From assembly GCA_964016885.1 (NCBI GenBank), contig OZ024750.1, positions 5,766,001-5,830,000 on the forward strand: a DNA stretch of 64,000 nt. Direction: 5' to 3'. The translations under genes were made by a program, and so were the position numbers. This DNA comes from Eledone cirrhosa. Its lineage: Eukaryota. Positions 59,413 to 64,000 of this stretch are shown here, piece after piece (position 1 is the first letter of the stretch; every line of letters begins with the position of its first letter). The notes under the pieces are model-generated. The model ran no database searches. It was not told the origin of the DNA and saw only the letters and a list, made by a program, of their open reading frames with translations.

Positions 59413-60013
59413 CAAAAGATTCTGCTTTGATTAGTTTCCTTATACAACAGTTTCACTACCATAAGTACCATTCTGTTCGCCGGAGCTGTGGGGAGGCCAG
59501 CACGTGGGACCCCATTTGCTCACCATATAGAGAGATGGGGGAGGATGAGTGAGATGGAGGCGTTGACAGTGGGAGTTCGGCTCTTCCACGTTCGGACCAT
59601 ATGCTTGTGGTTGTGTTCATTGTGTATAGAGTTCATTCTAATATACAGTTGTCCACTGGAACAAACATTCATTTTTATTTTATTTGTCTCCTGATCAGCA
59701 AAAGTACCATAAAGAAGGCATGCTGTTCTTACTTTGTAGCACCAGGTTATCTCTATCCTCAAATCTGGAGTGTTTCAGTCGACATTGCTACAACATACAC
59801 AGTGAGTCCCCTACCTTGCCATTGCCACAGCGTACCAAGGTTCCCATCAAAGCTACATAGACTACGTTTTCTTCTGTATTTAAAATTTCAGTTTGATGAA
59901 GATTTAGCTGCTATTTCTAGAATGCATTTTATTGCTTGAATATTTGTGTCTAACACTGGTATAGTGTTCATTAAAACCTTTTGTTTTTACGATTCATTAT
60001 TATACTGTCTTAG

Positions 60014-60197
60014 GTTGGCAGTATCGGTAGAGGGTCGGACGACATGCTTTGACGCATTGAGTTACGGCCCTTGCCATTCTGAGTTCAAATCCCGCCGAGG
60101 TTAACTTTGCCTTTCATCCTTACGGGGTCGATAAAATAAAGTACCAGTAATACACTGCATTAATTGCTGGCCTTGCGCCAAAAGTAGAAACAATTAT
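60014..60197 (+). mobile_element. Family A SINE
   Basis: Sequence match; TSD ATTATTATACTGT. Confidence 0.9.
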
Positions 60198-60243
60198 TAT
60201 ACTGTGTTTATCAAATCAACTCCATATCGTGTACAGAACTTGC

Positions 60244-60377
60244 TTCGATATATCTTAGGACATACAATATATTCGATATATCTTAGGACATACAATATAT
60301 TCGATATATCTTAGGACATACAATATATTCCATATATCTTAGGACATACAATATATTCCATATATCTTAGGACATAG
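60244..60377. repeat. 28-bp minisatellite TTCGATATATCTTAGGACATACAATATA, about 5 copies
   Basis: Unit starts at 60244, 60272, 60300, 60328 and 60356. Confidence 0.92.
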
Positions 60378-61446
60378 AATATTATAGAAATAAAGTTTAA
60401 CGTTGTTTAGTTTCATTTGAGCAAACATTTAATATGATAAAATTTAGTTTCGTTGATAGTTTAGAGTAGACAAAATGTATCAGAATAGTTAAGTGTTAGT
60501 ATAGATTTCGTTAACACATTAGCTACCACATTGTATTTGACTATTAAACAGAGTTTGTAATGTGGAGCATAATCGCTATAATCAAACAGTTTGCTCAGTT
60601 GGTTATCGGTTATTATTTTATCGACCCTGGGAATTACACTTCCTCAGGATTTTATAATTCAGTTATGTGAGACGTGAAACTAAACAGCGTAAAAAGCATA
60701 CAGAATGATTTATGCAGTTACAACTAAAATAGTCTCTCTACTCATATTAACTTTTCTGCTACAAACTGTTGCACACATCATGTACGTATAGTTAAATGTT
60801 AGGACCCAGGAGCGACAAAATGAAGTAGATAAAAACAAAAGTCCAATTTATTGATACATTCGAAATGCTGTAAGTAATAAAAGACAGGTAGGAAACACAT
60901 GGGAAGTTGATGTCTGCCAAATATTAATGGTAAGAGAATGAAACACAATGATGCTAATAGAAAAGTTGCAGCTCTTTCGTGCAATATCAATACTTTTGAG
61001 GATAATGATTGAATTAAATATATATTGTATTTAACAGCTATTGGTCAATATCGTAAACTAATATTCCCATCTCTCCCTCCCTCCCTCCCTCCCTCCATCC
61101 CTCTCTATCTCTCACTATCTATCTATCTACCTACCTGTGTATCTATCTATCCATCTCTCTCTCTATATTCATTTATCTTCCTCCACTCTCTTTACATATA
61201 TGTATGTTTATATATATGTATGCCTGTTTTATATTATATATATATATATACACACACACACATGTATACATATATATATATATATACACATGTATGCATA
61301 TATATATGTATATATATTCATATATATACACATGTATGCATATATATATATGTATATATATTCATATGTATATTTATATGTATATATATATATATATATA
61401 TACATATATGTATGTATATATCTATGCATATATATGTATGTATGTG

Positions 61447-61492
<46 letters not shown>

Positions 61493-61591
61493 TGTTTCTG
61501 TTTCCTTCTACTGACATATTTAGCATAACTTCCATTTTACATTAACATTTAGACATAATAAACATAAGTACAATTTAAATGTAGAATACTG

Positions 61592-61679
<88 letters not shown>

Positions 61680-62179
61680 GCAAGAACACATGTCTGTGTG
61701 TATGTGTACATATGAGTGAGTTAATATGTAATATGTGTGTAGGTACAAACACACCCTGTATCGTATGCTGTGTTATTGCGTTAGTTAAATTTCCCAACTG
61801 GAATGTAATTGTATAAACTGGCAACTGAGCCGAATGGCGTTCTTCGACAAAATGGAAGAGAAGCAATTGCTATACAAACTGTTATTCTATGCTGCTGTAA
61901 AAAACCGGAAACATATATACAATATGCCAGTCGTTGTGATGTAAGTAGGTGAGTGTCAATATATATATATATGGTGTCAATATATATTTACGTCTGAGAA
62001 ACTAGGCATCTTGAATCATCTCTTTAAATAATTATCAAGAGTGAAGGTGAAACATATTGTCAAGGACCAAACATAAAACAAAAAAAAGATGTTCCAGTTC
62101 GTGGAAGCAACGAAAAGATTCAGCAACAAAAACATTTAGCTGTTTGATAGCTGTCATTGTTTTCCCACGGCTAAATGGA

Positions 62180-62445
62180 ATGGACGTCCATCGGTTCTAA
62201 CAACGAGTGTCCCAGTTGTTCGATCAACAGAACAGCCTGCTCATGAAATTAACTTGTAAGTGACTAAGCATGCCGCACAAACGTGTACTCTTGACATCAA
62301 TTTCAGGGAGATTCAGCATGACAAAGTGTATGACAAGGATGGTTTTTTAAATGACAGAAACAATCCATTCGACAAGCTTCCAAGTTTTCATCTACCCAAT
62401 GTCATTGAGATGGAGAGGCCATGGTAGGTAACACTTGCACAAGAT
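62180..62445 (-). mobile_element. Decayed CORE-type SINE (tail type C)
   Basis: Homologous to 2421-2600. Confidence 0.7.
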
Positions 62446-62461
62446 ACACGACAAAATGTAT

Positions 62462-62641
62462 AATAATTGTTTCTACTTTCGGCACAAGGCCAGCAATTAC
62501 CCAGTACATTACTGGTACTTTATTTTATCGACCTCGTGAGGATGAAAGGCAAAGTTAACCTTGGCGGGATTTGAACTCAGATCGTAAAGGGACGTAACTA
62601 TGCTGGAAAGCATGTCAACCCTCTACCAATTATGCCAATCC
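62462..62641 (-). mobile_element. Family A SINE
   Basis: Sequence match. Confidence 0.9.
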
Positions 62642-63090
62642 AAGAACCCACAAGAAGGCCAGCTTCACATGAAAGCTAACATGTAGAAAAACAATTCAAT
62701 GGTTTCTATCTGCCACTTCTCACATAGAAATGTCTATGATTCAATTAGAATATTTTAGCCAGCACCAAGCTGCACTGAAGCATAAAAATATCAAATCCAG
62801 TCACATGGGAGTAGAGTGAATACGTAACAATAAGGATTGAAAATAATCTTACACAAACATGTATTACGTTACCAAATATCAGCTTGCAATAAGTGGTAAA
62901 ACGGAGAAGTTCCATTGAAGATCAACATTATAAATGTTAATTCATTCACATGCAATGAACTTGTCTCTCGCCCCCAAAACATGTCTTAAAAACACACGGT
63001 GGCGTATAAACGTACTGGAACATGTGTACTAAATCACACACACGCATAAACACGCACACATACACACATATTTATAAGCACACACATACA

Positions 63091-63156
<66 letters not shown>

Positions 63157-63221
63157 GTGTGTGTGTGGTGTGTGTGTGGTGTGTGTGTGGTGTGTGTGTG
63201 GTGTGTGTGTGGTGTGTGTGT

Positions 63222-63288
<67 letters not shown>

Positions 63289-63494
63289 CTGCGTGTGTGT
63301 GTAAAGATTGATAAATCCAGTCTGAAATAAGACTGGCAAATTTAAAAATTAAAAACTAATACATCTGTTACCTTACATCCATTTGAAGTCAATAAAATAA
63401 GTACCAGTCAAGTACTGGGGTCGATTCATCCTATATATCTCTTTCTCACTTCCAATCCCTCAAGAAAGAAAAGGAGCCGATCGTCAGATCGAAC

Positions 63495-64000
63495 CAAGGA
63501 ATGGACATTTCCATTCATCTTTTTGCTGTTGATATATCTGTTAGTCGACGAAAGAATGGAAATTTCCATTCGACTTTCTACAGTTGATACTATCTGTTAG
63601 TCGACGAAAGAATGGAAATTTCCATTCGACTTTCTACAGTTGATACTATCTGTTAGTCGACGAAAGAATGGAAATTTCCATTCGACTTTCTACAGTTGAT
63701 ACTATCTGTTAGTCGACGAAAGAATGGAAATTTCCATTCGACTTTCTACAGTTGATACTATCTGTTAGTCGACGAAAGAATGGAAATTTCCATTCGACTT
63801 TCTACAGTTGATACTATCTGTTAGTCGACGAAAGAATGGAAATTTCCATTCGACTTTCTACAGCTGATACTATCTGTTAGTCGACGAAAGAATGGAAATT
63901 TCCATTCGACTTTCTACAGTTGATACTATCTGTTGGTCGACGAAAGAATGGAAATTTCCATTCGACTTTCTACAGTTGATACTATCTGTTAGTCGACCAA
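63495..64000. repeat. 56-bp tandem repeat with an internal 18-bp perfect palindrome, running to the window end
   Basis: TTAGTCGACG starts at 63541, 63597 and onward; GAATGGAAATTTCCATTC in each unit. Confidence 0.95.

Noticed and set aside
63495-64000. CRISPR-like or tandem-hammerhead reading of the palindromic 56-bp array
   Set aside because: The units are identical with no unique spacers; the minus strand has GAAA-stem-UA but no CUGANGA core

Overview
AT-rich, repeat-saturated animal DNA, intronic or intergenic. It is most likely from an octopus or other cephalopod; this is an inference from the SINE families and the extreme (TA)n/(CA)n/(GA)n load. No protein-coding gene can be supported, and almost all ORF-track entries are translations of simple repeats. 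The window contains: about 20 copies or fragments of a tRNA-headed SINE (family A); CORE-type SINEs with four alternative tails; decayed RTE and CRE-type LINE fragments; a 923-bp non-autonomous hAT element with two facing tRNA-like heads; a 3.2-kb TTAGGG-containing 18-mer satellite that appears to have grown out of a SINE A-box; and several minisatellites. The strongest signal is a set of short, unrelated inserts in or beside (TA)n tracts that carry minimal type-I hammerhead ribozymes (CUGANGA, stem II, GAAA, palindromic stem III, UH). Two inserts are foldbacks with a ribozyme on each strand, and some copies have U3:A8 core variants. They look like non-autonomous, microsatellite-targeting Penelope-type ribozyme retroelements. 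All structures were folded by eye and none was checked computationally.
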